Source: Escherichia coli (GTDB lineage: Bacteria; Pseudomonadota; Gammaproteobacteria; Enterobacterales; Enterobacteriaceae). Taken from it: a stretch of DNA of 64,000 nucleotides. Position 1 is the first letter of the stretch; each line of letters starts with the position of its first letter. Under the pieces are notes generated by a model that searched no databases, was not told the DNA's origin, and saw only the letters and a program-made list of their open reading frames with translations. The position numbers were made by a program, and so were the translations under genes. The DNA lies in NCBI RefSeq assembly GCF_017348835.2, contig NZ_CP071375.1, one strand, 5' to 3'. Shown here one piece after another: positions 1 to 10,605 of this stretch.

Positions 1-2
1 CA

Positions 3-260
<258 letters not shown>

Positions 261-269
261 GTGAAATGT

Positions 270-290
270 GCCGGATGCATCACATCCGGC
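270..290. terminator. Hairpin between convergent crl and phoE (8-bp GC-rich stem gccggatg/catccggc, 5-nt loop), probable bidirectional terminator
   Basis: Inverted repeat read directly; sits between two convergent stop codons. Confidence 0.5.
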
Positions 291-298
291 AATAATCA

Positions 299-1354
299 TT
301 AAAACTGATAGGTCATGCCAACCGCGACAATATCATCATTATTAATATTCAATTTGTTATCGCTATCCAGTTGGTTGATTTTATAATCAACAAACGCTGA
401 CATATTTTTGTTGAAATAATATGTAGCCCCGACATCGATATAATTGACCAGATCTTCATCACCGATACCTTCAATATCTTTCCCTTTCGATAAGACATAA
501 CCCAGCGATGGACGCAGACCAAAGTCAAACTGGTATTGAGCGACCGCTTCAAAGTTCTGTGTCTTATTGGCAAAGCCGCCAGTTATTGGCGTCATTTTGC
601 GTGTTTCAGAATAAAAAGTTGCCAGATAAATATTATTGGCATCGTATTTCAGACCTGTTGCCCATGCTTCTGCACGCTTGCCTGTGCCACGGCTTTGCAG
701 GTTCTGCTCGTTGGTGCGATCTGAGTTGGTATAGGCCCCACTAATGGCGAAATCGCTGCCGCCAAAGTCATATGTCAATGACGTGCCGAAGCCATCGCCG
801 TTTTGCTTTTTAACATCGCGGTTTTCGTTTTTCCCTTGATATTGCAGGGTTAAGTTCAGGCCATCGATAACACCGAAGAAGTCGGTGTTCCGATACGTCG
901 CCAGACCGCTGGCGCGTTTGGTCATAAAGTTGTCGGTCTGCGCCGAGGAGTCGCCACCAAATTCCGGGAACATATCGGTCCAGGCTTCCACGTCATACAA
1001 CGCGCCCAGGTTACGACCATAATCGAAAGAACCCAAATCTTTATATTTCAACCCGGCAAAAGCGAGACGCGTTTTTTGCTGTGCAGTATCACTCTCTGCT
1101 TTATTACCGGCAAACTCTGCTTCCCAACGACCATAACCAGTCAGTTGATCGTTAATTTGTGTTTCGCCTTTAAAACCAAAACGGATATAACTCTGGTCGC
1201 CATCTTTACTGTCGTTATCACTCATATAATGCATGGCTTTAACTTTGCCATAGACATCCAGTTTATTACCGTCTTTGTTATATATTTCTGCGGCCTGTAC
1301 GGATGCAGATGCCACAATGCCCATCACCACTAATGCCCGAGTACTCTTTTTCAT
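299..1354 (-). CDS. phoE: Outer membrane phosphoporin PhoE
   Basis: 353-aa ORF, signal peptide [21 protein letters not shown], porin beta-barrel ending in F; start set at second Met. Confidence 0.9.
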   Translation of the reverse strand: MKKSTRALVVMGIVASASVQAAEIYNKDGNKLDVYGKVKAMHYMSDNDSKDGDQSYIRFGFKGETQINDQLTGYGRWEAEFAGNKAESDTAQQKTRLAFAGLKYKDLGSFDYGRNLGALYDVEAWTDMFPEFGGDSSAQTDNFMTKRASGLATYRNTDFFGVIDGLNLTLQYQGKNENRDVKKQNGDGFGTSLTYDFGGSDFAISGAYTNSDRTNEQNLQSRGTGKRAEAWATGLKYDANNIYLATFYSETRKMTPITGGFANKTQNFEAVAQYQFDFGLRPSLGYVLSKGKDIEGIGDEDLVNYIDVGATYYFNKNMSAFVDYKINQLDSDNKLNINNDDIVAVGMTYQF

Positions 1355-1435
1355 TTTCATTCCTGATTTTAATTAACGCGCGAATATTCAGCGGGAGAGT
1401 CCCGTTGAAAACAGGAAAGTTTTTAACCTGAGATT

Positions 1436-1453
1436 GTTAAAGATATATTACAG
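1436..1453 (-). promoter_or_regulatory. Candidate Pho box (PhoB site) upstream of phoE: CTGTAAT-ATAT-CTTTAAC
   Basis: Two 7-bp direct repeats resembling the CTGTCAT consensus with 4-bp AT spacer, about 85 bp upstream of the phoE start. Confidence 0.5.
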
Positions 1454-1641
1454 ATTAATAATATTCTTAAAATGTGGTAATTTATTAAATCTGTAATGAA
1501 AGCGTAAACAACTGCCGCTACGCTTGCTGATCCCGCGCAACAAAACGCCATGCTTTGCTCGCAGATGGTTGGCAACCGACGACAGTCCTGCTAAAACGTT
1601 CGTTTGATATCATTTTTCCTAAAATTGAATGGCAGAGAATC

Positions 1642-2745
1642 ATGAGTGACAGCCAGACGCTGGTGATAAAACTCGGCACCAGTGTGCTAACAGGCGGATC
1701 GCGCCGCCTGAACCGTGCCCATATCGTTGAACTTGTTCGCCAGTGCGCGCAGTTACATGCCGCCGGGCATCGGATTGTTATTGTGACGTCGGGCGCGATC
1801 GCCGCCGGACGTGAGCACCTGGGTTACCCGGAACTGCCAGCGACTATTGCCTCGAAACAACTGCTGGCGGCGGTAGGGCAGAGTCGACTGATTCAACTGT
1901 GGGAACAGCTGTTTTCGATTTATGGCATTCACGTCGGGCAGATGCTGCTGACTCGTGCTGATATGGAAGACCGTGAACGCTTCCTGAACGCCCGCGACAC
2001 CCTGCGAGCGTTGCTCGATAACAATATCGTTCCGGTAATCAATGAGAACGATGCTGTCGCTACGGCAGAGATTAAAGTCGGCGATAACGATAACCTTTCT
2101 GCACTGGCGGCGATTCTGGCGGGTGCCGATAAACTGTTGTTACTGACCGATCAAAAAGGTTTGTATACCGCTGACCCGCGCAGTAATCCGCAGGCAGAAT
2201 TGATAAAAGATGTTTACGGTATTGATGACGCACTGCGCGCGATTGCCGGTGACAGCGTTTCAGGCCTCGGAACTGGCGGCATGAGTACCAAATTGCAGGC
2301 CGCGGACGTGGCTTGCCGTGCGGGTATCGACACCATTATTGCCGCGGGCAGCAAGCCGGGCGTCATTGGTGATGTGATGGAAGGCATTTCCGTCGGTACG
2401 CTGTTCCATGCCCAGGCGACTCCGCTTGAAAACCGTAAACGCTGGATTTTCGGTGCGCCGCCTGCGGGTGAAATCACGGTAGATGAAGGGGCAACCGCCG
2501 CCATTCTTGAACGCGGCAGCTCCCTGTTGCCGAAAGGCATTAAAAGCGTGACTGGCAATTTCTCGCGTGGTGAAGTCATCCGCATTTGCAACCTCGAAGG
2601 CCGCGATATCGCCCACGGTGTCAGTCGTTATAACAGCGATGCATTACGCCGTATTGCCGGACACCACTCGCAAGAAATTGATGCAATACTGGGATATGAA
2701 TACGGCCCGGTTGCCGTTCACCGTGATGACATGATTACCCGTTAA
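1642..2745 (+). CDS. proB: Glutamate 5-kinase
   Basis: ORF translation from internal Met [16 protein letters not shown], 367 aa, kinase plus PUA domain; overlapping operon with proA. Confidence 0.9.
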   Translation: MSDSQTLVIKLGTSVLTGGSRRLNRAHIVELVRQCAQLHAAGHRIVIVTSGAIAAGREHLGYPELPATIASKQLLAAVGQSRLIQLWEQLFSIYGIHVGQMLLTRADMEDRERFLNARDTLRALLDNNIVPVINENDAVATAEIKVGDNDNLSALAAILAGADKLLLLTDQKGLYTADPRSNPQAELIKDVYGIDDALRAIAGDSVSGLGTGGMSTKLQAADVACRAGIDTIIAAGSKPGVIGDVMEGISVGTLFHAQATPLENRKRWIFGAPPAGEITVDEGATAAILERGSSLLPKGIKSVTGNFSRGEVIRICNLEGRDIAHGVSRYNSDALRRIAGHHSQEIDAILGYEYGPVAVHRDDMITR

Positions 2746-2756
2746 GGAGCAGGCTG

Positions 2757-4010
2757 ATGCTGGAACAAATGGGCATTGCCGCGAAGCAAGCCTCGTATAA
2801 ATTAGCGCAACTCTCCAGCCGCGAAAAAAATCGCGTGCTGGAAAAAATCGCCGATGAACTGGAAGCACAAAGCGAAATCATCCTCAACGCTAACGCCCAG
2901 GATGTTGCTGACGCGCGAGCCAATGGCCTTAGCGAAGCGATGCTTGACCGTCTGGCACTGACGCCCGCACGGCTGAAAGGCATTGCCGACGATGTACGTC
3001 AGGTGTGCAACCTCGCCGATCCGGTGGGGCAGGTAATCGATGGCGGCATACTGGACAGCGGCCTGCGTCTTGAGCGTCGTCGCGTACCGCTGGGGGTTAT
3101 TGGCGTGATTTATGAAGCGCGCCCGAACGTGACGGTTGATGTCGCTTCGCTGTGCCTGAAAACCGGTAACGCGGTGATCCTGCGCGGCGGCAAAGAAACC
3201 TGTCGCACTAACGCGGCAACGGTGGCGGTGATTCAGGACGCCCTGAAATCCTGTGGCTTACCGGCGGGTGCCGTGCAGGCAATTGATAATCCTGACCGTG
3301 CGCTGGTCAGTGAAATGCTGCGTATGGATAAATACATCGACATGCTGATCCCGCGCGGCGGGGCTGGTTTGCATAAACTGTGCCGCGAACAGTCGACGAT
3401 CCCGGTGATCACAGGTGGTATAGGCGTATGCCATATTTACGTTGATGAAAGTGCAGAGATCGCTGAAGCATTAAAAGTGATCGTCAACGCGAAAACTCAG
3501 CGTCCGAGCACATGTAATACGGTAGAAACGTTGCTGGTGAATAAAAACATCGCCGATAGCTTCCTGCCCGCATTAAGCAAACAAATGGCGGAAAGCGGCG
3601 TGACATTACACGCAGATGCAGCTGCGCTGACACAGTTGCAGGCAGGCCCCGCGAAGGTGGTGGCTGTTAAAGCGGAAGAGTATGACGATGAGTTTCTGTC
3701 ATTAGATTTGAACGTCAAAATCGTCAGCGATCTTGACGATGCCATCGCCCATATTCGTGAACACGGCACACAACACTCCGATGCGATCCTGACCCGCGAT
3801 ATGCGCAACGCCCAGCGTTTTGTTAACGAAGTGGATTCGTCCGCTGTTTACGTTAACGCCTCTACGCGTTTTACCGACGGCGGCCAGTTTGGACTGGGTG
3901 CGGAAGTGGCGGTAAGCACACAAAAACTCCACGCGCGTGGCCCAATGGGGCTGGAAGCACTGACCACTTACAAGTGGATCGGCATTGGTGATTACACCAT
4001 TCGTGCGTAA
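2757..4010 (+). CDS. proA: Gamma-glutamyl phosphate reductase
   Basis: 417-aa ORF, aldehyde dehydrogenase family, immediately downstream of proB. Confidence 0.92.
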   Translation: MLEQMGIAAKQASYKLAQLSSREKNRVLEKIADELEAQSEIILNANAQDVADARANGLSEAMLDRLALTPARLKGIADDVRQVCNLADPVGQVIDGGILDSGLRLERRRVPLGVIGVIYEARPNVTVDVASLCLKTGNAVILRGGKETCRTNAATVAVIQDALKSCGLPAGAVQAIDNPDRALVSEMLRMDKYIDMLIPRGGAGLHKLCREQSTIPVITGGIGVCHIYVDESAEIAEALKVIVNAKTQRPSTCNTVETLLVNKNIADSFLPALSKQMAESGVTLHADAAALTQLQAGPAKVVAVKAEEYDDEFLSLDLNVKIVSDLDDAIAHIREHGTQHSDAILTRDMRNAQRFVNEVDSSAVYVNASTRFTDGGQFGLGAEVAVSTQKLHARGPMGLEALTTYKWIGIGDYTIRA

Positions 4011-4124
4011 ATAAAACCGGGTGATGCAAAAGTAGCCATTTGATTCACAAGGCCATTGACGCATCGCCCGGTTAGTTTTAACCTTGTCCACCGTGATTCA
4101 CGTTCGTGAACATGTCCTTTCAGG

Positions 4125-4200
4125 GCCGATATAGCTCAGTTGGTAGAGCAGCGCATTCGTAATGCGAAGGTCGTAGGTTCGACTCCTATTATCGGCACCA
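4125..4200 (+). tRNA. thrW: tRNA-Thr (anticodon CGU)
   Basis: 76-nt cloverleaf: acceptor GCCGATA/TATCGGC, D-loop AGCTCAGTTGGTAGAGC, anticodon loop cattCGTaatg, T-loop GGTTCGACTCC, 3' CCA encoded. Confidence 0.9.
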
Positions 4201-4214
4201 TTAAAATCAATAAG

Positions 4215-5378
4215 TTACACATCATTAGTACCTTCCTTATTTTTTGACTGGGACAAATTTGGGACCGATGGGTTCAGGATCGAGTCTATTTGCCGTGCGT
4301 GTTCGGTAAGGTGATTAGGTGCAAGGTGAGCATATCGACGAACCATTTCGATAGACTCCCAGCCTCCCATTTCCTGTAAAACTGACAACGGGACTCCGGC
4401 TTGAACCAGCCAACTTGCCCAGGTGTGTCTCAAGTCGTGAAATCTGAAATCATCAATACCAGCCCGTCTCAGCGCCGCTTTCCAGGCTGTGTTTGCGTCA
4501 TACCGCATCTTCCTTACTGTTGGCGCTTTCGTTCCGTCTGGTTTGGTACAGCTTTCCTTGTACACAAATACCCAACGGTGATGATTCCCGATTTGTTTTT
4601 TCAAAACGCGACATGCAGTATCATTCAGCGCAACGCCAATTGCGCGGTTTGATTTACTCTCTTCCGGGTTTATCCATGCCACCCGGCGCTGCATGTCTAT
4701 TTGTTGCCATTCAAGGTTGATGATGTTCGAGCGTCTTAAGCCTGTTGCCAGTGCAAATTCAACAACAGACTTTAATGGCTCCGGACATTCATCAATCAGC
4801 CTTTGTGCTTCATGGGGCTCCAGCCAGCGGATCCGTTTATTCTTTGGTTGAGGCACTTTAATAATTGGTGCCTTATCCAGCATTTTCCATTCACGCTCTG
4901 CGGCTCTTAGTAGGGCCTTTATAAATGAAAGATGCGTAGCCTTCGTTGCAACGGACGCTGGTTTTGGCGTGTATTCTGGAACAGGTTTCCCTTTTTTTCT
5001 GCATGCTTCTGCCCTGAGTCTCCAGTTTTCCTCATGACGCCGGTTCGTCATTTTCTGCATTGCTGAATAAATTTTTGATTCAGTAATGTCTCTTAGTTGC
5101 ATTCCTGCGAAATGTTGAAGCCAGAATCCGATCCGGCTTTTGTCATCGTCCAGTGATTTTTTATGTGCTTTCTCTTCAAGCCACCTGACACACGCTTCCT
5201 CGAACGTTATATCAGGTATTTCACCAAGTTTGCTGACCCGCCATGCTTCAGCCTTTAGCTTGTCATGGAGTTCTGTCGCCTGCCTTTTGTCCTTTGTTCC
5301 AAGAGACTGTTTAAATCTTTTACCGTTCGGCAATGTGAAACTGGCGTACCATATTTCACCTCTGCGGAAGAGTGACAT
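4215..5378 (-). CDS. Prophage tyrosine integrase (site-specific recombinase)
   Basis: 387-aa ORF abutting the tRNA 3' end; C-terminal catalytic region [39 protein letters not shown] (R..HxxR..Y signature). Confidence 0.85.
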   Translation of the reverse strand: MSLFRRGEIWYASFTLPNGKRFKQSLGTKDKRQATELHDKLKAEAWRVSKLGEIPDITFEEACVRWLEEKAHKKSLDDDKSRIGFWLQHFAGMQLRDITESKIYSAMQKMTNRRHEENWRLRAEACRKKGKPVPEYTPKPASVATKATHLSFIKALLRAAEREWKMLDKAPIIKVPQPKNKRIRWLEPHEAQRLIDECPEPLKSVVEFALATGLRRSNIINLEWQQIDMQRRVAWINPEESKSNRAIGVALNDTACRVLKKQIGNHHRWVFVYKESCTKPDGTKAPTVRKMRYDANTAWKAALRRAGIDDFRFHDLRHTWASWLVQAGVPLSVLQEMGGWESIEMVRRYAHLAPNHLTEHARQIDSILNPSVPNLSQSKNKEGTNDV

Positions 5379-5605
5379 TTTCTTTCCTCTGTTATGCCAT
5401 CACCCGCGCTCACCTGGACAGTATGCAGCGGAGACTGAAGAGCCGCAATGCAGGCTTGTCGTGTTGTGAGGTAAGGAGATTTATTCTTAGTGGGATCTTT
5501 GCGTGTTGCCTGAAGACGCCCTGTGCGTATCCAGTTAATGGCAGTCGGTCTGGATATCTTGAGAAAATGACAGGCCTCATCGAGTGTGAGGCTGTATGGC
5601 TCCAT
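5255..5605 (-). CDS. AlpA/excisionase-like helix-turn-helix protein (boundaries uncertain; overlaps integrase 5' end)
   Basis: Internal Met [31 protein letters not shown] resembles AlpA-family phage regulators; ORF frame overlaps int start by about 120 nt. Confidence 0.4.
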   Translation of the reverse strand: MEPYSLTLDEACHFLKISRPTAINWIRTGRLQATRKDPTKNKSPYLTTRQACIAALQSPLHTVQVSAGDGITEERKCHSSAEVKYGTPVSHCRTVKDLNSLLEQRTKGRRQNSMTS

Positions 5606-5910
5606 TATTTCACCTCTTGCTGTGACATTGTTGAAAAATGGATACCAGCTCGTTGCTGCCAGACGATCCAACCGAGAGTCATATCCCATGCCATGTATTC
5701 GTTATCGCCGTTTTTTGCTCTCCGACGATCTACTAAGTCACCGAAACGCTTTTCCATGAATAATTCATAAGCTTCGCGTTCATCTGGCTCTACTTCCAGA
5801 GATAGGAGTGCGATTTCATAAGCACGGCGCTCAATATCGTCTCGCACGTCAAGGCTGCTGATACGCTCTTTAATTTCTTTAATCAGTTCTTTGTCGGTAA
5901 AAGTGGTCAT
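5605..5910 (-). CDS. Hypothetical prophage protein (acidic, 101 aa)
   Basis: ORF in co-oriented early operon, start overlaps upstream stop. Confidence 0.45.
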   Translation of the reverse strand: MTTFTDKELIKEIKERISSLDVRDDIERRAYEIALLSLEVEPDEREAYELFMEKRFGDLVDRRRAKNGDNEYMAWDMTLGWIVWQQRAGIHFSTMSQQEVK

Positions 5911-6272
5911 TATGCTCCAGCCTCCGGTGCTTTTGGCATTACTGCCCAGTGAGTGATATTGACGTTTTCAAGGTCCCCAACCTGAAATGTCCACTGCCAT
6001 TCTCCGGTTTCTTTTTGTCCCCAGGTGTACCAGAGAGAACGCCAACCAATTAGCCAGCCTTCTCCGTTAGCATCGAATAACAAAACACTTTCATTTGCTG
6101 GTGGCAGTTCAGTTGACACTGGTATTACTTTGTTTTCCTGTGCTGCACATTTAGCTTCAAGCGCATCGAATTTACGCACCAGGTATTCAGCATCTGTTTC
6201 ATTTACTTTCAGATCTCGCGGTACACATCTCCCACGAAGAAACCCTTCCATTTCGAAAACATTCATGCGCAT
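5910..6272 (-). CDS. Phage protein, DUF551-like C-terminus (NITHWAVMPKAPE)
   Basis: 120-aa ORF; C-terminal motif typical of DUF551 phage proteins. Confidence 0.5.
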   Translation of the reverse strand: MRMNVFEMEGFLRGRCVPRDLKVNETDAEYLVRKFDALEAKCAAQENKVIPVSTELPPANESVLLFDANGEGWLIGWRSLWYTWGQKETGEWQWTFQVGDLENVNITHWAVMPKAPEAGA

Positions 6273-6799
6273 TTGCGTAACTCCGATAACTCGTTAAAGC
6301 GTTCCATAAACATCCCGTAGGCATGGCCCGGTGCCAGTGGAATCACGTTGAACATCTCTGTTGCCGGGATACCTTCCAGTACAGGCCAGAAAGAGCCATC
6401 ATCAAGCCCGAGATCGCGGCGTTCGGTTGCCAGCATGATGAGATCGGCATATTTCACGGGCGTACTCATAACTGGGGGTAACCCGTATTTCTCACGGATT
6501 ACGGCGTCTATTTTTTCTTCCATTTGTTTATAGTCAGGAAGAAGGCGTTTCAGTGGTGCGGGAATGTCCTGGCAATTCGCTTCTGTTGCATCATGCATTA
6601 ACGCTTCAAAAGCAAATTCCTGCGGCACCAACTGGCTGCAAAGAACCGCATGTTGGGCGACGCTGTAGAAGTGCGAAAGATGACCGGCAAAGCGACAGAT
6701 ATTTGAAAGGGAAACCGCGATATCGTTAATATCGATGTCGTCTTTATTTATCCTGTCATAATAAAAATGCTTCCCGGAAAAAGTTTTAATAAATGACAT
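6263..6799 (-). CDS. HD-domain phosphohydrolase, YfdR-like (5'-deoxynucleotidase family)
   Basis: HD motif (LMHDATEA) and overall resemblance to prophage YfdR as recalled; start set at MSFIKTF. Confidence 0.7.
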   Translation of the reverse strand: MSFIKTFSGKHFYYDRINKDDIDINDIAVSLSNICRFAGHLSHFYSVAQHAVLCSQLVPQEFAFEALMHDATEANCQDIPAPLKRLLPDYKQMEEKIDAVIREKYGLPPVMSTPVKYADLIMLATERRDLGLDDGSFWPVLEGIPATEMFNVIPLAPGHAYGMFMERFNELSELRKCA

Positions 6800-6926
6800 T
6801 TTGTTCTCCACGTATATGCGCTGCACCGCGCTGAATTTTGGTTAAAGAAAACCCTCGCCATCAGGCGATTATTGAGTTAATTACGTTTCTATAAATGCCC
6901 CCGCAGGGGCATTTGCAGTAATGAAA

Positions 6927-7751
6927 TCAGGCGGTGAAAGTACCAATAAAGGTTTCTACTTTGCTGTCTTTGAATTTTTCAACAAGCAGATTACGAAATT
7001 CGTTAGCCATTTCTTCCTGTACTGCTTCCAGCTGAATAATGCGCAGAACCAGTACAGGGCGATCACCAGTGATAATGCTGAGGCGTAATTTAAACGGACG
7101 TTCTTTCAGGCCTTCAAACGGAACGCATTTAAACTCAAATGCTACTGGCATAATGTCTTTAGTTTTCGCTTCGACAGACTCCATCAGAGAGCGTTTGCCG
7201 CTGAAGTCATTGTCTTCAAAATCAGCGGTCTGGTTTGCTTCAATCGTGATTTTACGGACCGCCGCAGCCGCTTTTGTTGCCTGAATGGCGTCACCATTAG
7301 CATCAAAGCCCACAAGGTAGTCGGCCCAGTCTTCAATCCATTCTGCCAGTGACTTCTGGGAGTTACGCTCGCCGTTAACAGACAACAGGGCAGAGAACGG
7401 TGCTGTCTTTTTCAGTTTGAGAGTGGCGGTGTTATCTGCGTGACCTGGTTCATCAATAGTACCCAGGTTAAGCACACTGACGGCTCGCATATTATCAGCA
7501 TCGATAAAGCAGCGGGTGCCTTCATCTGCAAGATCTTTAGAATAACGGATAAAGTCATCGATGCTGGCAGTGGAAAGCGCACCACGGAAACGGAAGCGAT
7601 TTAAATTAAATTTTTCCAGATCATGAATGCGGAAATTCTCAGGCAATGCCACAGCATCGGCACCAATCTTACTGATAATTTCATTAACACTCTGAGCAGA
7701 AATAAGGGCATGGATTTGATTAATTTCGGTTGCGTCTAAGTTCTGAGACAT
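6927..7751 (-). CDS. DUF2303 family protein, YfdQ-like
   Basis: 274-aa ORF resembling prophage YfdQ as recalled. Confidence 0.65.
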   Translation of the reverse strand: MSQNLDATEINQIHALISAQSVNEIISKIGADAVALPENFRIHDLEKFNLNRFRFRGALSTASIDDFIRYSKDLADEGTRCFIDADNMRAVSVLNLGTIDEPGHADNTATLKLKKTAPFSALLSVNGERNSQKSLAEWIEDWADYLVGFDANGDAIQATKAAAAVRKITIEANQTADFEDNDFSGKRSLMESVEAKTKDIMPVAFEFKCVPFEGLKERPFKLRLSIITGDRPVLVLRIIQLEAVQEEMANEFRNLLVEKFKDSKVETFIGTFTA

Positions 7752-7816
7752 AATAAGTCCTCACTATATAAAGATATTCAGTGATGAGATAAATAATCAG
7801 TTAATTAAGAACGATA

Positions 7817-8197
7817 TTAATGACCTGCTGCGCGGAGTTTTCCGTCAGGTTCACCGGCAAGAGTCAGTAATTGTCCCTGGTCTTCCTGCAGAATAGTCAG
7901 GCGACCACCGCGATTGACATACATCGGTGTTTCGGTGGTGTCTTCTTCGGAAATTTTCCCGCGGTTAGTCGGGCGAACATATGAGAGTTTGTGTTTGATT
8001 TTCACACGGTTCTCATCAAATGGTTCGATTTCCAGGTTGAGCGAGACCTTACCTTTGGTTTTCGTGTTCATCACACCGGAAGCGACTTCACTGAGAACTG
8101 CGCCGATTTTGGTTTCAAATACGCCGCCGTCCAGCTCCCCGATAAATGCCTGCACATCAGTACTGCGTTCGCTAGCCATTTTGCTGCTCCTCATCAT
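7817..8197 (-). CDS. Hypothetical prophage protein, YfdP-like (true start may be the Met at 8179)
   Basis: 126-aa ORF, first gene of the early operon; junction with tail gene fragment lies immediately beyond its start. Confidence 0.5.
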   Translation of the reverse strand: MMRSSKMASERSTDVQAFIGELDGGVFETKIGAVLSEVASGVMNTKTKGKVSLNLEIEPFDENRVKIKHKLSYVRPTNRGKISEEDTTETPMYVNRGGRLTILQEDQGQLLTLAGEPDGKLRAAGH

Positions 8198-8199
8198 AT

Positions 8200-9874
8200 C
8201 GACCCTGCAAGGTCGGTTATCGCACGGCTGGAAGCAGAAGGCTGGTTAACGCGTAAGGCGCGTCGCCAGGGTAACGGCTGGGAGACGGCGACAGAGCTTG
8301 TTGAAGATACGCAGGCCATTCTCCGTTACGGTCGTAACGTCACGAAGATGGATGCCTTTGGCTGTACCAGCCGGGGGCAGGCGCACCGCGCCGGGCTGTG
8401 GCTGATTAAAACGGAACTACTGGAAACGCAGACCGTGGACTTCAGCGTGGGTGCGGAAGGGCTTCGCCATGTGCCGGGCGATGTCATTGAAATCTGCGAT
8501 GATGACTATGCGGGGATCAGCACCGGCGGGCGCGTGCTGGCGGTGAACAGCCAGACCCGGACGCTGACGCTCGACCGTGAAATCACGCTGCCATCCTCCG
8601 GTACCACGCTGATAAGCCTGGTTGACGGAAGTGGCAATCCGGTCAGCGTGGAGGTCCAGTCCGTCACCGACGGCGTGAAGGTAAAAGTGAGCCGTGTTCC
8701 TGACGGCGTTGCCGGATACAGCGTATGGGGGCTGAAGCTGCCGACGCTGCGCCAGCGCCTGTTCCGCTGCGTGAGTATCCGTGAGAACGACGACGGCACG
8801 TATGCCATCACCGCCGTGCAGCATGTACCGGAAAAAGAAGCCATCGTGGATAACGGGGCGCACTTTGACGGCGACCAGAGCGGCACGGTGAATGGTGTCA
8901 CGCCGCCAGCGGTGCAGCACCTGACCGCAGAAGTCACCGCAGACAGTGGGGAATACCAGGTGCTGGCGCGATGGGACACACCGAAGGTGGTGAAGGGCGT
9001 GAGCTTCCTGCTCCGTCTGACCGTAACAGCGGACGACGGCAGTGAGCGGCTGGTCAGCACGGCCCGGACGACGGAAACCACATACCGCTTCACGCAACTG
9101 GCGCTGGGGAACTACAGGCTGACAGTCCGGGCGGTAAATGCCCGGGGGCAGCAGGGTGATCCGGCGTCGGTATCGTTCCGGATTGCGATGATTAATCCTG
9201 CGAATGGCAACACAAAGCCGATGTTTGTTGGTCAGGGCGATCAGATATTCATGAACGACGTGTTCCTGAAACGCCTGACGGCTCCGACCATTACCAGTGG
9301 CGGTAATCCTCCGGCATTTTCCCTGACACCGGACGGGCGGCTGACGGCGAAAAATGCCGATATCAGCGGTAACGTGAATGCGAACTCCGGGGCGCTCAAC
9401 AACGTCACGATTAACGAGAACTGTCGGGTTCTGGGAAAATTGTCCGCCAACCAGATTGAAGGCGATCTCGTTAAAACAGTGGGCAAAGCTTTCCCCCGGG
9501 ACTCCCGTGCACCGGAACGGTGGCCATCAGGGACCATCACCGTCAGGGTTTATGACGATCAGCCGTTTGACCGGCAGATTGTTATTCCGGCGGTGGCATT
9601 CAGCGGCGCTAAACATGAGCGGGAGAATAACGATATTTATTCGTCATGCCGCCTGATAGTACGGAAAAACGGTGCTGAAATTTATAACCGTACCGCGCTG
9701 GATAATACGCTGATTTACAGTGGTGTTATTGATATGCCAGCTGGTCGCGGCCACATGACGCTGGAGTTTTCGGTGTCATCATGGCTGGTAAATGACTGGT
9801 ATCCCACAGCAAGTATCAGCGATTTGCTGGTTGTGGTGATGAAGAAAGCCACCGCAGGCATCAGTATCAGCTGA
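8200..9874 (+). pseudogene. 5'-truncated tail tip/host-specificity gene J (C-terminal ~550 codons only; no start codon or N-terminal half)
   Basis: Translation ([30 protein letters not shown] ... [51 protein letters not shown]) matches the C-terminal part of lambda J as recalled; ORF N-terminal extension 7991..8199 is antisense to the YfdP-like gene. Confidence 0.7.
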
Positions 9875-9941
9875 ATTTTATAACCCATATACGGGCGCCA
9901 GAAATGGCGCCTTTTTTATTGCAGAAAAGCGAGAGGTAATT

Positions 9942-10541
9942 ATGCGTAAAGTTTGTGCAGCCATTTTGTCCGCAGCCATCTGTCTGGCCGTATCCGGTGC
10001 GCCTGCATGGGCATCTGAGCAGCAGGCCACGCTGAGCGCAGGGTATCTTCATGCCCGTACGAACGCTTCCGGCAGCGATAATCTGAACGGGATTAACGTG
10101 AAATACCGTTATGAGTTTACGGACACGCTGGGGCTGATTACGTCATTCAGTTATGCCAACGCTGAAGATGAGCAAAAAACGCATTACAGCGATACCCGCT
10201 GGCATGAGGATTCCGTGCGTAATCGCTGGTTCAGCGTGATGGCGGGGCCGTCTGTGCGCGTGAATGAATGGTTCAGCGCGTATGCGATGGCGGGTATGGC
10301 TTACAGCCGTGTGTCGACTTTCTCCGGGGATTATCTCCGCGTAACTGACAACAAGGGGAAAAAGCACGATGTGCTGACCGGAAGTGATGACGGTCGCCAC
10401 AGCAACACGTCTCTGGCGTGGGGAGCTGGCGTGCAGTTTAACCCGACCGAATCCGTGGCCATTGATGTCGCTTATGAAGGCTCCGGCAGTGGTGACTGGC
10501 GCACTGACGGGTTCATCGTGGGTGTTGGTTATAAATTCTGA
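9942..10541 (+). CDS. lom: Lom/Ail-family outer membrane beta-barrel protein
   Basis: 199-aa ORF with signal peptide, Ail/Lom-like sequence, position between J and stf as in lambda. Confidence 0.85.
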   Translation: MRKVCAAILSAAICLAVSGAPAWASEQQATLSAGYLHARTNASGSDNLNGINVKYRYEFTDTLGLITSFSYANAEDEQKTHYSDTRWHEDSVRNRWFSVMAGPSVRVNEWFSAYAMAGMAYSRVSTFSGDYLRVTDNKGKKHDVLTGSDDGRHSNTSLAWGAGVQFNPTESVAIDVAYEGSGSGDWRTDGFIVGVGYKF

Positions 10542-10568
10542 TTAGCCAGGTAACACAGTGTTATGACA

Positions 10569-10594
10569 GCCCGCCGGTTCAGGCGGGCTTTTTT
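10569..10594 (+). terminator. Rho-independent terminator after lom (stem gcccgcc/ggcgggc followed by TTTTTT)
   Basis: Hairpin plus T-run read directly. Confidence 0.75.
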
Positions 10595-10605
10595 GTGGGG
10601 TGAAT

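Noticed and set aside
4021..4075. Inverted repeat after proA (aaccgggtgatgc ... gcatcgcccggtt) as a terminator
   Set aside because: The arms are imperfect, separated by about 30 nt, and not followed by a T-tract; more likely overlaps the thrW promoter region.
7991..8199. N-terminal 70 residues of the 627-aa ORF 7991..9874
   Set aside because: This part is antisense to the YfdP-like gene and has no similarity to tail protein J; the J-like frame is simply open upstream until the first in-frame start, so only about 8200..9874 is treated as the J fragment.
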